Positions 49,813 to 63,938 of a stretch of DNA of 64,000 nucleotides are shown in pieces (positions within the stretch are counted from its first letter, which is position 1; each line of letters starts with the position of its first letter). This DNA comes from Phoronis australis (lineage: Eukaryota > Animalia > Phoronida). Position numbers and translations under genes: made by a program. Where the stretch lies: positions 357,840 through 421,839 of the forward strand of contig NMRA01000259.1 in assembly GCA_002633005.1 (NCBI GenBank). Direction: 5' to 3'. The notes beneath the pieces are model-generated. The model worked only from the letters and a program-made list of their open reading frames with translations. It was not told the origin of the DNA and made no database searches.

Positions 49813-52145
49813 AATATTATAAAGTTACATTTTCGCTATTTGAGTTTTGAATAATCAACTGAAAAACGTTCAGGATATTTGAAATTACACGGCATGACAC
49901 AAAACATCGAACAAAAACATATAAAAGAACGTGGGGTTGTTTCTGATATTACATCGACCAAAGGATGCCTTTTTTCTCTCATCCAAAATCGAAACGAGTA
50001 TAAAAAGCAAGAAAAATGTGTCTTTCAACAAAGATACAAAAGTTTTATAACTAAAACAGTTATACTTCTGGGCGTCTTTTACTTCCAATGAAGCATTTTG
50101 ATGTTGGACGTGACCCTTCTGACAACCAAATAACAAATTGCACAGGTCGTAAATTAAGTTTGAAATCCCCTCGCGTAATCGACAGTAAAAAAATATGCGC
50201 GACAGACATTTCATTTGTGATCTGACAAATGAGCCGAAATGCGATTTACAGAACTACCTACGTACTCGTGTGAGGCTATGACGAGGAGTAACAAGGACAT
50301 TTTAAGGACGTTTTCGTTACAAGAATATGTGGCTATGACCGACACTATTTCCCGTGACCTTGTGCGCCTTCAGCTGTACCCTGTTTACACGTACACTGTA
50401 CTCAGCTTTGTATGTTTCCATCAATGACGACGCATGTGATTAAAGCAGGTTATGTAGGAACTATGAAGATCACGATTCAATTAAAATTCTATTGCGAAAC
50501 GAGAGGAGAAATGTGTGCCGTCAATTTATTTTAACATTAAAATACTTTGATAAATTATGAAAAAAGTTGCGCAGCTTTGACCCGAGAACGTACGTTAAAC
50601 ACTAACGAGAATCAGAGGCTACTTTACTTGACTGAATCAATATCAGTCGAACGTCACTAAGTAACCTTATGGGAATCAATATGGAATACAAGAAGACGTG
50701 GGTCTATATTACAGTACAGCTAAACTCAACGTTAGGTTTTAGGTATATTTTTACATTGACCTATTTCTTCTTATTTTTTATTTCAGTTTTATCAACTGAA
50801 ATGTAGTGTAACATCTCTTTACACAAGTTCAGAGTTCAAGCACTTTTAGAATTTCAAGGGGTATGGACCATTCAATACTTAGAATAAATTAAACATCAAA
50901 AGCTATTACGTCTTGTTTTTAACAACAGGAAAACAAATATACCTTTATTACGTACCAATAAAAGTGTACGTATTCAGATTTAAACATGAGATTTCTATGT
51001 AAAAAAAATCGCACAAAATCGCAAGTAATAATGTACTAAAATACAAGGAAATTCCCTAACAAAGAAATTCTCCCAACCCGCGCGTCTTTTAGCGAGCAAG
51101 GACAAACATCTGAGAAAGCGATTCAGTCTCAAGAGTTAGTAGTTTGTTTGAGCCATATTTTTGGAGCTCATAATAAATTAATTTGTGTACAGAAATGAAA
51201 ATTCACAATTGCAAAAACACGAAAATTACACGACTAAAATTTTGTTTTTTAAAATATAAAATCGACAAAATGAAAAGCTTGTTAGACCACCTTTGTGAAA
51301 TAAGTCAATATGCAAAAGTATTACAATTTTTTAAAAAATAAAGGAGAATGCCACCAAAAAACAACGGGTCAATACGTAAAACTATTACGTTTTTTAAATT
51401 GAATTAACTTCATCTTAATTTCTATTTTTCAAGTCTCAAAAAAATTTAAAAAATTAAATGAAAAAACGAAGAACATTTATTCAATAGCGTGGAAGAAAAA
51501 ATGCATTAATATATTCTAGGACTTCCACAGCAATGTAATTTTAACTAGGTCAATAAGTAAAAAATATTATGATTTTTTAATTAAGTTCACCTAAAATACG
51601 TGTATCTGAACTATTGTATTCTCAAAGCTCGTAACTTGTAATTTTCAAATCCCAAGAAAATTAATACAAAGGAGAGGAAAGAGATTTCGTTTCTCAAAAC
51701 CAGTAACGTTTGTTTGATAAACGAATGTACTTTTCAGTAAAAAGATATGAATATATTCTACGATTTTTACAGTAAGCTACTTGTCATATCTGTTATTCAG
51801 GAAAATAAATTAAGATTTGGCGATTTTTCTAGGGAACTCAAAATAATTTTCTCAACTACATGTTAAACATTTACAATGAATTTAAACGAACAATATATTC
51901 GTAACACGACTTTCATTCTCGTCTGGGTTTTTATATTATTTTGATTTTTACATGAGAAAATTAATGATGCGATCCTATGCAATCTTAGTTCTTGATTTTT
52001 AATATGAATTAATTTCGTTTTAAAAGCAATCTCTTCGGAAAATGAGAAATGTGTTTGTGAAATGTGTCGTCCGACAAGTATACAAATAAAAAAATTCAAG
52101 TGAGATTACGCGGAAATATTCTTGAAAACTTAATGCCACGGTGTA

Positions 52146-52337
52146 CAGTACTCACAAAATTAAACTCCAAGAACCTCGGAGACATCACGCCTCCTTCAAA
52201 GAAAAGATGGTACTGCAAATAAGCGGGAACGGTCGTTTCGTGCTTTCTCGCGAGATCTCGCCGATCTACAGTACCACCTGCCCTTAGAAAGGGGGTGATG
52301 CCTACGAGGTTCTAGGGTTTTAATTTTGTGAGTGCTG
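52146..52337. mobile_element. Tc1/mariner-type MITE
   Basis: TA|CAGTACTCACAAAATTAAACTCCAAGAACCTCGG...CGAGGTTCTAGGGTTTTAATTTTGTGAGTGCTG, with about 50-bp imperfect TIRs. Confidence 0.75.
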
Positions 52338-53052
52338 TGCAATACACCAGATTCAGTTCGATTTACAATGAAATTTCCTGGATGGATCAACACTTACATT
52401 TTGCTAATGTCACACTGTTAGTAATTCACTTTTGCATCATAGCCTGAATTGAACATTTTTCTACCATCCCTTAAACTTATGCAGTACCCCATTTCTGACC
52501 GTATAGGATCGTTTGCGGTCGACAACATGAAAACTCGGAAAAGGGGAGATAAAATTTCGTGATTTCTGAAAAGATTTCTACAATTTAGATACCACAAATA
52601 CAGAATTTTATAAGCATAATATTTTCTCCTGTTTCGAGAACAATTTGATGGCTCAGTTTTAGGAAAATCATCAGAGATTTTTACAGTTATAATGAATTCA
52701 AAATCTAGTGAAAAACGAGAGCTAATGGCTGAAAAGAATTGCTTGTCAGTACACGATCGAAATTATTTAGTAGTAAAATAAATCATGACAAAAACTGAGG
52801 TTCTAAAGGATGGAAATGAAACTAAATTGGCACTTTAACTCAACAAACGTATTATCCTAAGGTTTACGAACGTTTACAACCTAACTCACAATTTGAGCAT
52901 ATTGATTGATTGTTTGACTGAATTAAATTTATTTTAGACAAATGTATGAACATATTTACGTATAAAAGAAATAATACAGTTGGGGAGAGGGAGAGAGAAA
53001 GTACCATAGTGACATGCAAAGGTGGGTTACACCTCTCAATACACATCGTCAT

Positions 53053-53211
53053 CAGTAGCGGATTTAGAGGGGGAGCCAAAGGGGCCATGCCTCCCCTAAA
53101 ATTCTCTCAATTTTCATTTGGCAGTTCGGGAGTGCGAATGTCTGACGGGCAAAATCCTAACCAATACTCTGCCCTCTTCCCCCCCAACTCAAAATCCTGG
53201 ATCCGCCCCTG
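53053..53211. mobile_element. CAG...CTG MITE with 5-bp TSD (GTCAT)
   Basis: gtcat|CAGTAGCGGATTTAG...CTGGATCCGCCCCTG|gtcat. A relative lies at 60418-60560. Confidence 0.85.
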
Positions 53212-54523
53212 GTCATACAATAACTAACTTAATAAATAAACAAATAAATACACAAAATAAATGAAAATTAAGGAATAGCACGGAGCAATTAATTGAACTA
53301 AGAAGAGCAATTGGCGACTCGCAAATTTAATAATTACAAATGAGTAAAACCAAATAAAACAACGATCTAAGTAACAGTTTTCATCATATCCTTCTATGGT
53401 GTGAGTGAGTAATAATGGCCCCACTGGGTTACATGGCAAGTCGCCATTTTTGTTCGTGCAGGCTACGACCTCAAAAAGACAAAGTACAACATGTTTGCGT
53501 CAGATACAGTGCACCTTCGGTGCTCTTATCAACAGCATTATACGTGGATAAGATTTTGACGTCATCACCAGAAGTTGCTGGTTGACAGATGGCGATAGGA
53601 GTTAAGTTTACTATGAACAAACGGTTAAAAGGTAGCTCGCTCTTATCATCGATTTCTGCGAACATACTCCCAAAGCAAATAATATGCGAATTTTTGTAAA
53701 TAAACAACTTGTTTGCGCTCCAACCACTCGACGACTAACGCTCGATTACGTCACCCTCGAGATATTAGACGATCAGTGTCGCAGTGAAGAGCAACTGGCA
53801 ACAGAGGACAAATTCGTTCAACCAGCGCAAATGCAGCAAAACCGCATGAACGATTCAAACGCACAAAAAGTGAACTCATCAGTTACTTAACTGCAGTCTC
53901 AGTGTTCGTGCGTTTTACGTATGTGCCAACGAAATACAGCTCTCAGTTAACAGGGACATTGGCTGACCACTATGCGCATTGGGTAATTTGGTCAATGACC
54001 TAAAGGTCCGCAACAAAACAGCAATCTACAGAAGACATTTCAAGGTGGTCACACTGAGTTTAATGCTGAAAGAAGTTGCAGAATATTGTCCCCTAACTCG
54101 TATAAATCATAGTGAAAGTACAAACTAAACCTTGAGAAAAGCTAGCCAACAAAACCATTAAGAAGGCAATTACTGTCCCCAAGTCCCACTCGTGTGGTAG
54201 CTGCCGCTCGTCAGATTAGTCAACCGAAATTTGGCGGGCAATGTTCAGCTTCATTTTGGAAAGCTCACGCATTATTTATTACTTCATTTTGTTATTGTAG
54301 CCACTACAACATAACATTTAATTTTGTAAAATTGAGACCAAATTTTGTTCAACGAGGTTTTTGCTTTTAGCCCCGAGTCTATAAACATACATGTAGCTTC
54401 GCCAGGACACCACGAATGTCAAATAAATTAATCGACGTATTTGCATTATTCAAAATATCAAAAAATTTATAAATCTATATACAGTCCAGAATAAAAACAC
54501 ATTTAAATAAAAAAACGTCTTAC

Positions 54524-54577
54524 CTCAACAATACTCGAACACTTTACTGATGGGTCCAACTCGTCGAATTTCTTATA
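54524..54577 (-). promoter_or_regulatory. TATA + Inr core promoter and 25-nt non-coding first exon (candidate for SPDEF)
   Basis: TATAAGA starts at 54577; the A of Inr TCAGT is at 54548, 29 nt downstream; donor GAG|GTAAGA lies at 54523. Confidence 0.6.
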
Positions 54578-55169
54578 TGAGAGCGCCTGTCTAAGTTCCA
54601 AGAACCTGTCGGACAACCATGGTCGATAAATAGGTCAGTAGTTAACAAACACAAAAAATCGAAAGGACAGCTAGTTTGATGGACATAAGAACAAGAATTT
54701 TTCAGTATGTAAATCGTGAGATCTAATTTACTCGATTGGCAGTCTTGTGAGCTAGAGTGTCATTTCAATGAAAGTGTGTTTCTGAAAGTGACAATGGGTA
54801 CCATGTTAAAGCTCACAGTGGACACTTTATTTCAAGAGCTGCAAAATCACGGGCAGTTTTACGGGGGAAACATTGGCTCAATGCCCGTTTCAATTAGTGA
54901 TGTAAAATAATACTTGCCGCGTTTCAACTTAGTTGAATTGTGTTGCAATTTTCAATTTTAACTCATCACTAGCCTTTAAGTTGTTGTCAAAATGGTTATC
55001 TTTGCGGTAGAGTGTTAAATATTCAATTAAATGCAGTATCGGATCCTAAATATCTGAACTCCTTTCGATGCTTTATTTCTCTGAACACCACTGACCTATT
55101 TTTGTTTTATCGTATTCGTTGTTCGCTGAATGGTATTCTGTATTTGGCAAAAACATCCGAAAGCTGTTC

Positions 55170-55446
55170 GCCGATTGGCTACTGATTGTGACGTCAATGT
55201 AGTTGTCTGAATCGCTCGTTACAACTGTTACGCGAAACCTACAAACGAATTAGGAGATTCCGTGTAAACTTGACAACTCGTGGACGCTTTACTTGGTTAC
55301 GAAGAATAACCAATAACCGAAAATTTCTTTGAAAATTGTGAGATTTTAATATTTTTCGCGAGGCTGGTAGCACGATTTAGTAAACAAAGACAGGCAGTGG
55401 ACCAGGACGGCACTCTACAGCACAGAATTGGCTCATAGCGGTAAGT
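55170..55446 (+). promoter_or_regulatory. CCAAT/CRE promoter-like region with a plus-strand splice donor (possible divergent first exon)
   Basis: ATTGG at about 55174, TGACGTCA at about 55189 and GCG|GTAAGT at 55441. No downstream coding exons were identified. Confidence 0.35.
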
Positions 55447-58400
55447 ACACTTAAACGTTACTATTCATTGAAAACTGGCCTGGGCAGCCATTTTCAAGAG
55501 GGACAAGTTTACTCCACTTTTACCCACTTACGTAAAATTTCAGATGCGTGCAGTTCTGAGGTGACGTGCACACCCAGGAGTCAAAATTAAAATCGAAAAG
55601 TAAAAGAGGGTTTTGCAAGTGCAAGGTGTTATGACAGATCACCACGTAGGGAAAGGTTAAAAAGATTTGTGTTAGAACCAGGACAAAACGTGATTTCATG
55701 CGCTGTGAAACTTAGCATAAAACGGTAACATGAAACTGATTTCACGACAGTCTTGCTTCTTGCACAATGCACTTTTTGTCGCACTCCGGCGGCACGTGAC
55801 ATTTCGTCACTGGCGGCTGTTCACAAGTTTCGCAACGCAATCCTAATTATCGACCTTTAAATTATTTGGGTCATATGTCAAACAGAAATGAAGGATACCT
55901 ATGCCGCCAGCCTAATTCTACACTTAACAGTCCCACGAGGCTATAGGTTTTTCCGTACGGTTTTAAAATTCGGCCAGTTTTAAATTATGATCCGATCAGA
56001 GAGGAAGGGCACCCTTCTATAAAATAGTATCTACTCTGGACGACTTCTGGAAATGCGCATTTACGTTAATTTGTGGTAAAATTCTTTGCATTTTGTTTCT
56101 AGAATTACATTCTTCAAATTTTAAATTACATATATTACCCATGCGTACATTTTTAATCAATGGAAATGTTTATTGACACGAATTCTTTATTAATTACTAA
56201 ATGCATTGTTGTACTGTATTGAAACACTGGTCTATACCTTTGTAAACTACTCACCAAAGTTACTGACACCTCCTACTGTGACATTGAGTCTCGTAGACAT
56301 GAACTTGAAGTAAAATTAATTCGGCAGAACATGGGTTCAGCATTTTGAGAACCAGATCGATGCCCGTTATTCAGCGTGGAAAACTGGTTCTTAAAATGCA
56401 GGGACCCTTTAAAATACTATTAGAAATCACAAGTACACGTTGTCAGAATAACGAAATGTTTGGCTAGCATCTTAACTCATTCCCTCGTGGGGTATTCGAC
56501 CTTCTATTTTAACGGGGGAGACACACACCTGGAAAATTAGAATACCAACCCATTTAGAAAGCGAACTCGAAAACAGGGAACCATTTTCAAGAAGCTCCTA
56601 TAAAAAGTCACCTCTTCTCAGGATTTCATTCCAAGAACGCCGCCTTGGAATTTCATAATCGTATATTTATGGATATTAAGCCTGAAACGCGACAAAAAGA
56701 AATGTCTTTTTTAAAAATGAGTAGGTCTTTTGCAACCAAGGCTTTACAAATGTAGATAAACTTCTGTAGTTGGGAGAAGGATCTTAGTTTTGTAGGGAAT
56801 TCAATCGCAAGAAAATACAATCTTTCGTAAGGAATTTCGTCGAAAAGGGGTACCTTTCATAGTGGCGGATCTAGGATACCATAAGGGGAGGCCCGACACT
56901 TTGTTTCGGGCAATCACGTAAAGCACGACGGCATGCGCGCACGTAGCATGAAATGAAGGACGGCTTAGACTTCTGAGAATGTGAACCCCTGCTGTAATGC
57001 ATCCGCACGACTAAAAAAAAAACAAAAAAAAACGGGGACACGCTTCCTACACCTCTTCGTCATTACCAGGGTTAATTAAGAAACTCAATATTTCCTTACG
57101 CTCTTGCTGTCTCTTCCTGCACCCCCTGGGTCCCCCACCCCAACATGCGCCTATGCCCTTTGTTAGGGAAACAGCCGTGAAAAGAACATGACAGTCACTT
57201 CACCTTGAAGTGTTATTGCTTTCACTTCCAGTATGCTCCACTCAACAATGAATAGTCTGAGGTGCACAAACACCAAGGTCTAGGTCACAACGGGCTCAAC
57301 TTCTGCTACGTGACCTTTAGTCCTCGCGGTTTAATGTTACTTGGTCACCCGTGTCGTTTAAATCTCACGTATACAGGTTTATTGAGAGTTGACATTGTAA
57401 TTTACCAAGGTCAGGTTCGTTCAAGGAAATTGTCGTAGTTGGTGGAACATAGTGAGGAATTTACCTTGTAGGTTACAGTGCCTTTCGCCTTGAGTTTCAG
57501 AGAAAGGTCATTTCCATATAGGTAGCGCTGTCACGTAGGGAAGGGGATGTGAAAACTGCCGGCACTATCCTGTCCATCATTTTGTGCTGTGCTGACCTTG
57601 CATGCGCGCACCCAGGAATTCGAGCCCCCCCCATACTGAAGGCTGGGTGCGCGCATGCTTGGATGCTTGGTCATTATGATATTCGTGGATCTGAAAGTCA
57701 ACATACTGGCCTCGATAAGTCAATAATTGTATCCTATGAATATCTGTAAATATTATTCATTCAGGACAGTTAATGAGGAATAATAGTTACCAACCGTTTA
57801 CCCTCTGTATTAGATGCAGAATAAGAGACGAATATGCAATTAATGTACAACGGTTTAGCATTGCGAAACAACAAAAATGATATGAAAATTACGATGTACA
57901 GAGGTGACTCAAGAACACTGAAGATTCTTTATTGATTTTACTGCCATTGATATTAATACTACTGACTTAAATCCATAATCTAGGTTTCCCATTTCTAATT
58001 TATTTTGGGGGATCATTTCGTATTACATGAATAAATAAATTATTCCCCCATTGCGACGCTGAAGATACTCCACTCAGACGCTCCAAAAAGGACACACACA
58101 AGTACCATAGAAATGGAATATTGATAATTTATGTTTCTTCAAATCGTACATGCACCTATAATTAGTGTTCTGTGTCACCGATCGGATTCCGTTTCACCTC
58201 TAACCAGTAATATACGGTTACCAGAGTACCTGGAAAGCCTAAAACGCTTATTTATTGCACATGTACCATAACTTTGGACACTGCACTCCAAACGTCTGCA
58301 ACCACGTAGCACACAGGACATGCATAACCAAAACCAAAGGGCACATTTCTGTGTACGTGTTTGTTGTTTTAAACATTGAGTCGTGTTATTTCTCGGTGAA

Positions 58401-59659
58401 GTGGTGCCCACGTCATACGAGTTTCATTTGCCGGCCGGGCTGGTCTGGTAAATCCTTCACGTTCCTTGGAATTAAGGACTGACGTCAAAACAATAGGTAC
58501 TGCAGAGAAACACAAACCCATTTGGTGGATGCTCATTCACAAATACTAAAAGTTATCCACTTCATCAGACGCGAGCATAATAGATTAAACAATCATGACC
58601 TTTCTGGGTTTTTTTTTCTAGGCATGACAAGCTATATGTGTGACCTCAATCCATTTTACCCTCTGGGAACAAACGCTGAGCTCAATGACCAGTTATTTAT
58701 GGCTGGTTGAAATTGTAAAGCGTCACGTTTCGTTATTCGTTGAACCATCTGACCTAGACCATTCCAATAATAGCCTAAGCATTCATCACGGTATTGGTTT
58801 GCCGGGGGTTTCCAAGTACATTAGCTCCAGGAAGAGACCAAAAAAAAAAACAATATTCGCGCGCGAGCGTTCCACGTATCAGCTATTCACAATCTTGCCG
58901 CGGCAATCGCAGAAATTGCCAGCGTTCGCGGAAGAAAGCGCGTTTTGCAGAGAAAGGTTTTACACTTAATTGAATTGTTTTACTGAGACGACGTTGGAAA
59001 TACGGCATTGTATTTTTTCTGACTAACATTCATTTTCAATTTTAAACGTTTTATTATAAACGTGCCATGTGCAAAACTAAAACTATTTTTATTCAACAAT
59101 TACGACTTTCCTTATCTCACTATATCACTATTTTGATTATTTCTTATTGTCAATACTCCTGCTACAGTAATTTTCGCTGTCATTATCACATAACGAATTT
59201 CAACGCAAACCAATGTGGCTAATATTTTTCCCAGGTGCTCCTCTTTGAACATGATTTTTTCATCATATACGGAATCAAAATAAGAATGTTTAAATTTTTA
59301 ATCTATTGCTGTATATGAATTGAATGTGAAATGACGACGAACTTCTCTTTTTGGAAACTGGACAATTAAAAAATAAACCGCAACTTCTCAAAAGATATTA
59401 ATTGACAAATGTTTTTATTTTGTGATATGTTTTAGTTGATTATCGCATTCTTTTTCTCGGGTGACGAAACATTGTTACGACTGGCGGGGGACTCTGAAAA
59501 ATGTGTCTACTGGAGGCAGCTCAAACTAAAAGGGCCCCTGTTCGGTCTTCATAAACCTTAGTATCAAACAGAAATTCGGTTGTTCCAATTTAAGACGGAC
59601 AAAATCGCGTCGCTCGCTCGCATGCAGTCTGGCCTGGCCTAACACTTTATCTACGCTGT

Positions 59660-60910
59660 CCGTCAGGTGCCGCCGATCTTGATTGTGTTTTGAAGGACTT
59701 CGCGTCCGTGTTGTCAGATATTTCATGTCATTCATATTTACGCATGCTGTAGCTATGTATAGTATTGTTTGTCAAGGTCCATTCCGTTTTCAATATGAAA
59801 AACGGAAATGGAAAATACAATTACATACAAAGTACAGATGTCATGAACAACTGAATGAGAGACAGTGTGGTTATTTGACACATTCAGGCACGCGCACACA
59901 CAACACACGCTCGCACTAACAACAGCACACTGTGGCACGGGTCCAGGGTCTAATCCTTTTTCTTGAAATCGAACTCGAACTTATGGTTGGCGTTTTTTAG
60001 TCTTCTGGTGAACACAAGTTAAATGTCTTTAATTCTATGCTCGAGCATATTAACGGCTTGCGTGAATAACTTTCTAATCCTAGTTTGCACTTGAAGAGCG
60101 GAGCATAGGGCAAAGTGTTCGAGTCCGAACTCGAAATCCTGTCGTTTTTACTCGAGTTAGTAGCTCGAATCTATGGGTCAAGCCGCAAGTGTAAACTTGG
60201 ACTAGAAACTCGTATACATAAACCACAATGTACTCGGGCACAGAATAATGGCGACTCATCTCGAGTTCGCACAAAAGTAAAATAGAAAATGTCAAAAATA
60301 ATTTCGACTTCAATTCGGAGTACAAAGATTAGACCTCGGGTTCTGGGGTCTAATCTTTGTACTCAAAATGAAACTTGAAATTACATTTGGCATTTTGTAT
60401 TCTACTTTCGTGCCAACCAGTGGCGGATTTAGAGGGGGGCCAAGGGGGCCATGTCCTCCCTAAAATTCTCCCAGATTCCATTTGACAGTTCATGGGTGCA
60501 AATGTCTGACGCGCAAAATCCTGGCTAATACTCTGTCCTGGCTCCCCTAACTCTGAAGGTCTCGAAATATATTTTTGCATGCGCGTGCGCTGTTGGTTGC
60601 GCGCGCGTGTGTGAATGTTTCAAATACTCGGTACTCTCTTCGTTTTTATATTAGTGTCAGTTAATTATTATGGTAAATATATCGGATTTACGTTATGCAT
60701 TTAGGAAATAGAACATTGAAGAAACAATGGATTTTCAATTTTCGCTTTGAAATGCTAATTGGAAATGGGTTGTTGTATTTTCCGTTATCGTTTTGCACAT
60801 TGAAACGGATAGTTTCACTATACCTATAGTAAATGTGAATGACATGAAATATCTGAAAACTTGGACGTGAAGTCCTTTATGCAAGAATGGTTGGATTTCT
60901 GGGTTTGATC
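59660..60910. mobile_element. old TIR element containing nested MITEs
   Basis: 59690-59930 is an inverted match to 60580-60880 (aggacttc.cgtcc...cagatatttcatgtcattca). The interior holds TCTAATCTTT-family and CAGTGGCGG-family elements. Confidence 0.7.
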
Positions 60911-60919
60911 GGTACAAGT

Positions 60920-60985
60920 ACGCATAGCTCAACTAGAGCGCTAAAACCCATAGAAGATCCCGGTTCGAGCCCTGGTAGGAGCTAG
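60920..60985 (+). mobile_element. tRNA-derived SINE head or tRNA pseudogene fragment
   Basis: A-box-like TAGCTCAACTAGAGCG and B-box GGTTCGAGCCC are present, but there is no complete cloverleaf. Confidence 0.5.
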
Positions 60986-61015
60986 ACTCTTCACGCTTGT
61001 GCTATTAATAGATCA

Positions 61016-61392
61016 GGGCCCGGAATCTAATCTTTGTACTCGGAACGAACTTGAAATTATTTTTTGGCAATTCCTCTGCTTTTTTGTGAGAACTCAAGAT
61101 AAGTGGTTATTAGACTGTACTCGAATACATTATAGATTACGTATTATGAGTTTCTAGTCCAAGTTAGCACTTGATGACCCTGATATACGTGCTATAAACT
61201 CGAGCAAAAACTCGACATTTCGAGTTCAAACTCGAACTTTAACCTTAATGTTGGGTTTATCAACTGCAAACTGGGACTAAAAATTATCTTGAGAATAAAA
61301 TAATAGACGCTATCTTGAGTTTGCACAAAAGTAGAGTAGAAAATGCCAAACATAATTTCGAGTTTCGAGTAAAAAGATTAGAACTCGGGCCC
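61016..61392. mobile_element. full-length GGGCCC-ended MITE
   Basis: TIRs GGGCCCGGAATCTAATCTTTGTACTCG...CGAGTAAAAAGATTAGAACTCGGGCCC. Confidence 0.8.
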
Positions 61393-63154
61393 AGTGACGA
61401 GTGATCACATAAGTAAGGTATTTACTCGATGCATACATCGTGTAAAGGGAGTTATTGTCGGTTGCTGCTCGCCTATGTTTAGAAATTCATATTGAAACTA
61501 GGTAATGCTGTTTGCTGACTTGGTAAAGCTAACAATCGAGGTCAAGTTCCTGTTGCAGTTTCCCAAGGCCACGACTGCGCTAGTGAAATAAAAGACGGCG
61601 GGTGTTCGGCTCCTATGGCAATGAACCCATGCGAGCACCCAGCCTAAAAAATAAGGGGGTTCGAATTTTTGAAAATGTGGACCTTTTACTAAAAAAAAAA
61701 CGGGGCACGTTCAGGGCTACGAATTGTGCATTCGCTGAATTCCTGCCTTTTCAGTGGACTTTTGTCTCGTTTCGGACTTTTTGTTTCTCTGAGGTGAACC
61801 TTTTTGCCCACTTAGCCACGTATGAAATGCGTTGTTGGTTGACTGCACGCTATGCTATAGACAATATGCGTTCTTTAAGTAATTCACTGCAAGATATGCT
61901 CTAGACACTGTGCGTTATTTAAGTGATTGACTGCAAGTTGTGCTGTAGACACCATGCGTTCTTTAGTCTTGTCCTGGCTAGTTGCTTTCCCACAAAGTCC
62001 ATAGCTGAACGGTGTTAAAGTGCTTAAAACCATATTTTTCGACAAACGACTACACTGTCAGCGTCACTGAACCTTCTTTTATTGCACTGCATGTCACATT
62101 CGTGAATTCAATATCCCAAAAACGAGAAAATAGAAGTAAAGCCATTCCAGTTGAAAGTCTCTTAACTCCATGGACATCAGTGTGAAGTGTATCATGTCCA
62201 CCAACACGCGAGTTTCTTGTACAAACTTGTGCCGGATCCTTGCCACAGCCATGTACTAAATTCCCACGTCCATCGCAAACGCAACGCCTCACCCGCATTC
62301 CTTATTAAATCATAAACCACGGGAAAATATGGGCATCATGACCACTTTCCACACAGTATGACTAGTGTTGTGATTGGTTTACCGATTTTATGTAGTATGT
62401 GTCGACTAATTGGCCTTATGATCGTAATTCGTAACTCAAGATCGGCTAAATAAACATATCGTCAAATAGTCTTTGCGGGTGTTCTAATTTGACATCTGCT
62501 CGACTGTTGTTTATTTTTGGAGTTTTTGATATGAAATTAAGCACTTTATTAAGGCCTGACCAGACTGCACGCGAGCGAGCGAAATTCGCCTTGCAATGTC
62601 GCGCGAATGGGCGGCCATATCAATACATAAAACGCTAAAACGAGTCCGTGAGACAAAACAACTCAAAAGCAGCCGCGTGGACACCCGCCCCCACCATCTT
62701 AAAATCTTCATGTTCAACACGCTTTTTAACTTTTTAAGACGAGTACGAAGGTTTGCTCAGGCTGCACGCGAGCGAACGACAAGAAATTTATTGTCGATGA
62801 AATGGAGCAACCGAGATTTTATTACCCTGTGCACCGCTGCACGCGAGCGACGTGTGCGACGAGAGCGACGTCGTGTAAATTTCTGCGAGGTTGCCTCGCG
62901 CTATTCCATTTCGATGTTTGAATACACTTAGCGTGCACGGAATACCCGAATTTTGTAATCGCACGTTTGTTTTCAACGCTCCCTTAGGAAATGATTTTTG
63001 TTTAGAATAAACGAAAGCAAATTGTGCTTTATTGGCTTGAGAGACTTGCTTGGCAAATGTTTTTTGAAATTTCCCAGTGTAATTAAGTGTTGTCCTCAAG
63101 TAGACATATAGTCTTCAACAACTTTTAAGACAATCTCCAAAGCAGAGGCTGCGA

Positions 63155-63938
63155 TAGGCAATGACCATCGCCTCTGTTGGCCCGAACCAGAGGCGATGTA
63201 GAGGCTATAGGCGCTCTGTACGCCGGAAGCTTTTCGGCGAATTATGCCTCGCACCGACTAAACCATCAAAGTCACGTTGTTATAACTACCTTTTGCGCAT
63301 AGACGAACACCTTAGGAGGTTGTCGATGTGTTTAAGTTCTTCCAACTCGAACAAATACTCCCGTTATGAAACTTTTTCTTCGAGCAGTCCCTATTTCAGT
63401 TCCCAAAATCGTGAAATCAAAATTTTTGTACTGCGCACGCTCCAACTTTTACCGCGCTCGCAATAATTTTTAAATAGGCCAAAGGTGAGCCATTGCGGTC
63501 TTGTCAGTCAAATGTTCGTTTCCAAAATGCCACCACTGACTTGTCTTTAATTGGCGTTACTTGAAACTGTTTGTATTTCAATGAATTATTGTTTGTATTT
63601 GATAAAAATAAATGCTGTTAATATGACATTTAAAAGTCTTTGTGCACATATTTGACATTTTAATGTTTAACAACACGGCAAATGCACGGCTGGCTCCCGG
63701 CAGCACGTACGCAAAGGGCGGGAACTTCAGCTTTCAAAGTTCGCCGGTAGGATCGCAACTTCTGACCTTCGGCCTGGTTAAGGTGTTCGTCTATGCGCAA
63801 AAGGTAGTTATAACAACGTGGCTTTGATAGTTTAGTCGGTGCGAGGCATAATTCGCCGAAAAGCTTCCGGCGTACAGAGCGCCTATAGCCTCTACATCGC
63901 CTCTGGTTCGGGCCAACAGAGGCGATGGTCATTGCCTA
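63155..63938. mobile_element. young non-autonomous DNA transposon with about 160-bp TIRs and a 9-bp TSD (MULE-like)
   Basis: aggctgcga|TAGGCAATGACC...GGTCATTGCCTA|aggctgcga. The TIRs differ at about 2 positions. Confidence 0.92.

Noticed and set aside
52155-52190. MSPRFLEFNF|GTGAGT as an in-frame upstream coding exon of SPDEF
   Set aside because: It is the left TIR of a Tc1-like MITE, mirrored at 52295-52337. Exonisation cannot be excluded but is unsupported.
62050-62298. Cys/Gly-rich 82-aa ORF
   Set aside because: No domain pattern or splice support that I can identify.
63161-63932. Two similar ORFs on opposite strands suggesting a gene pair
   Set aside because: They are a by-product of the terminal inverted repeats.
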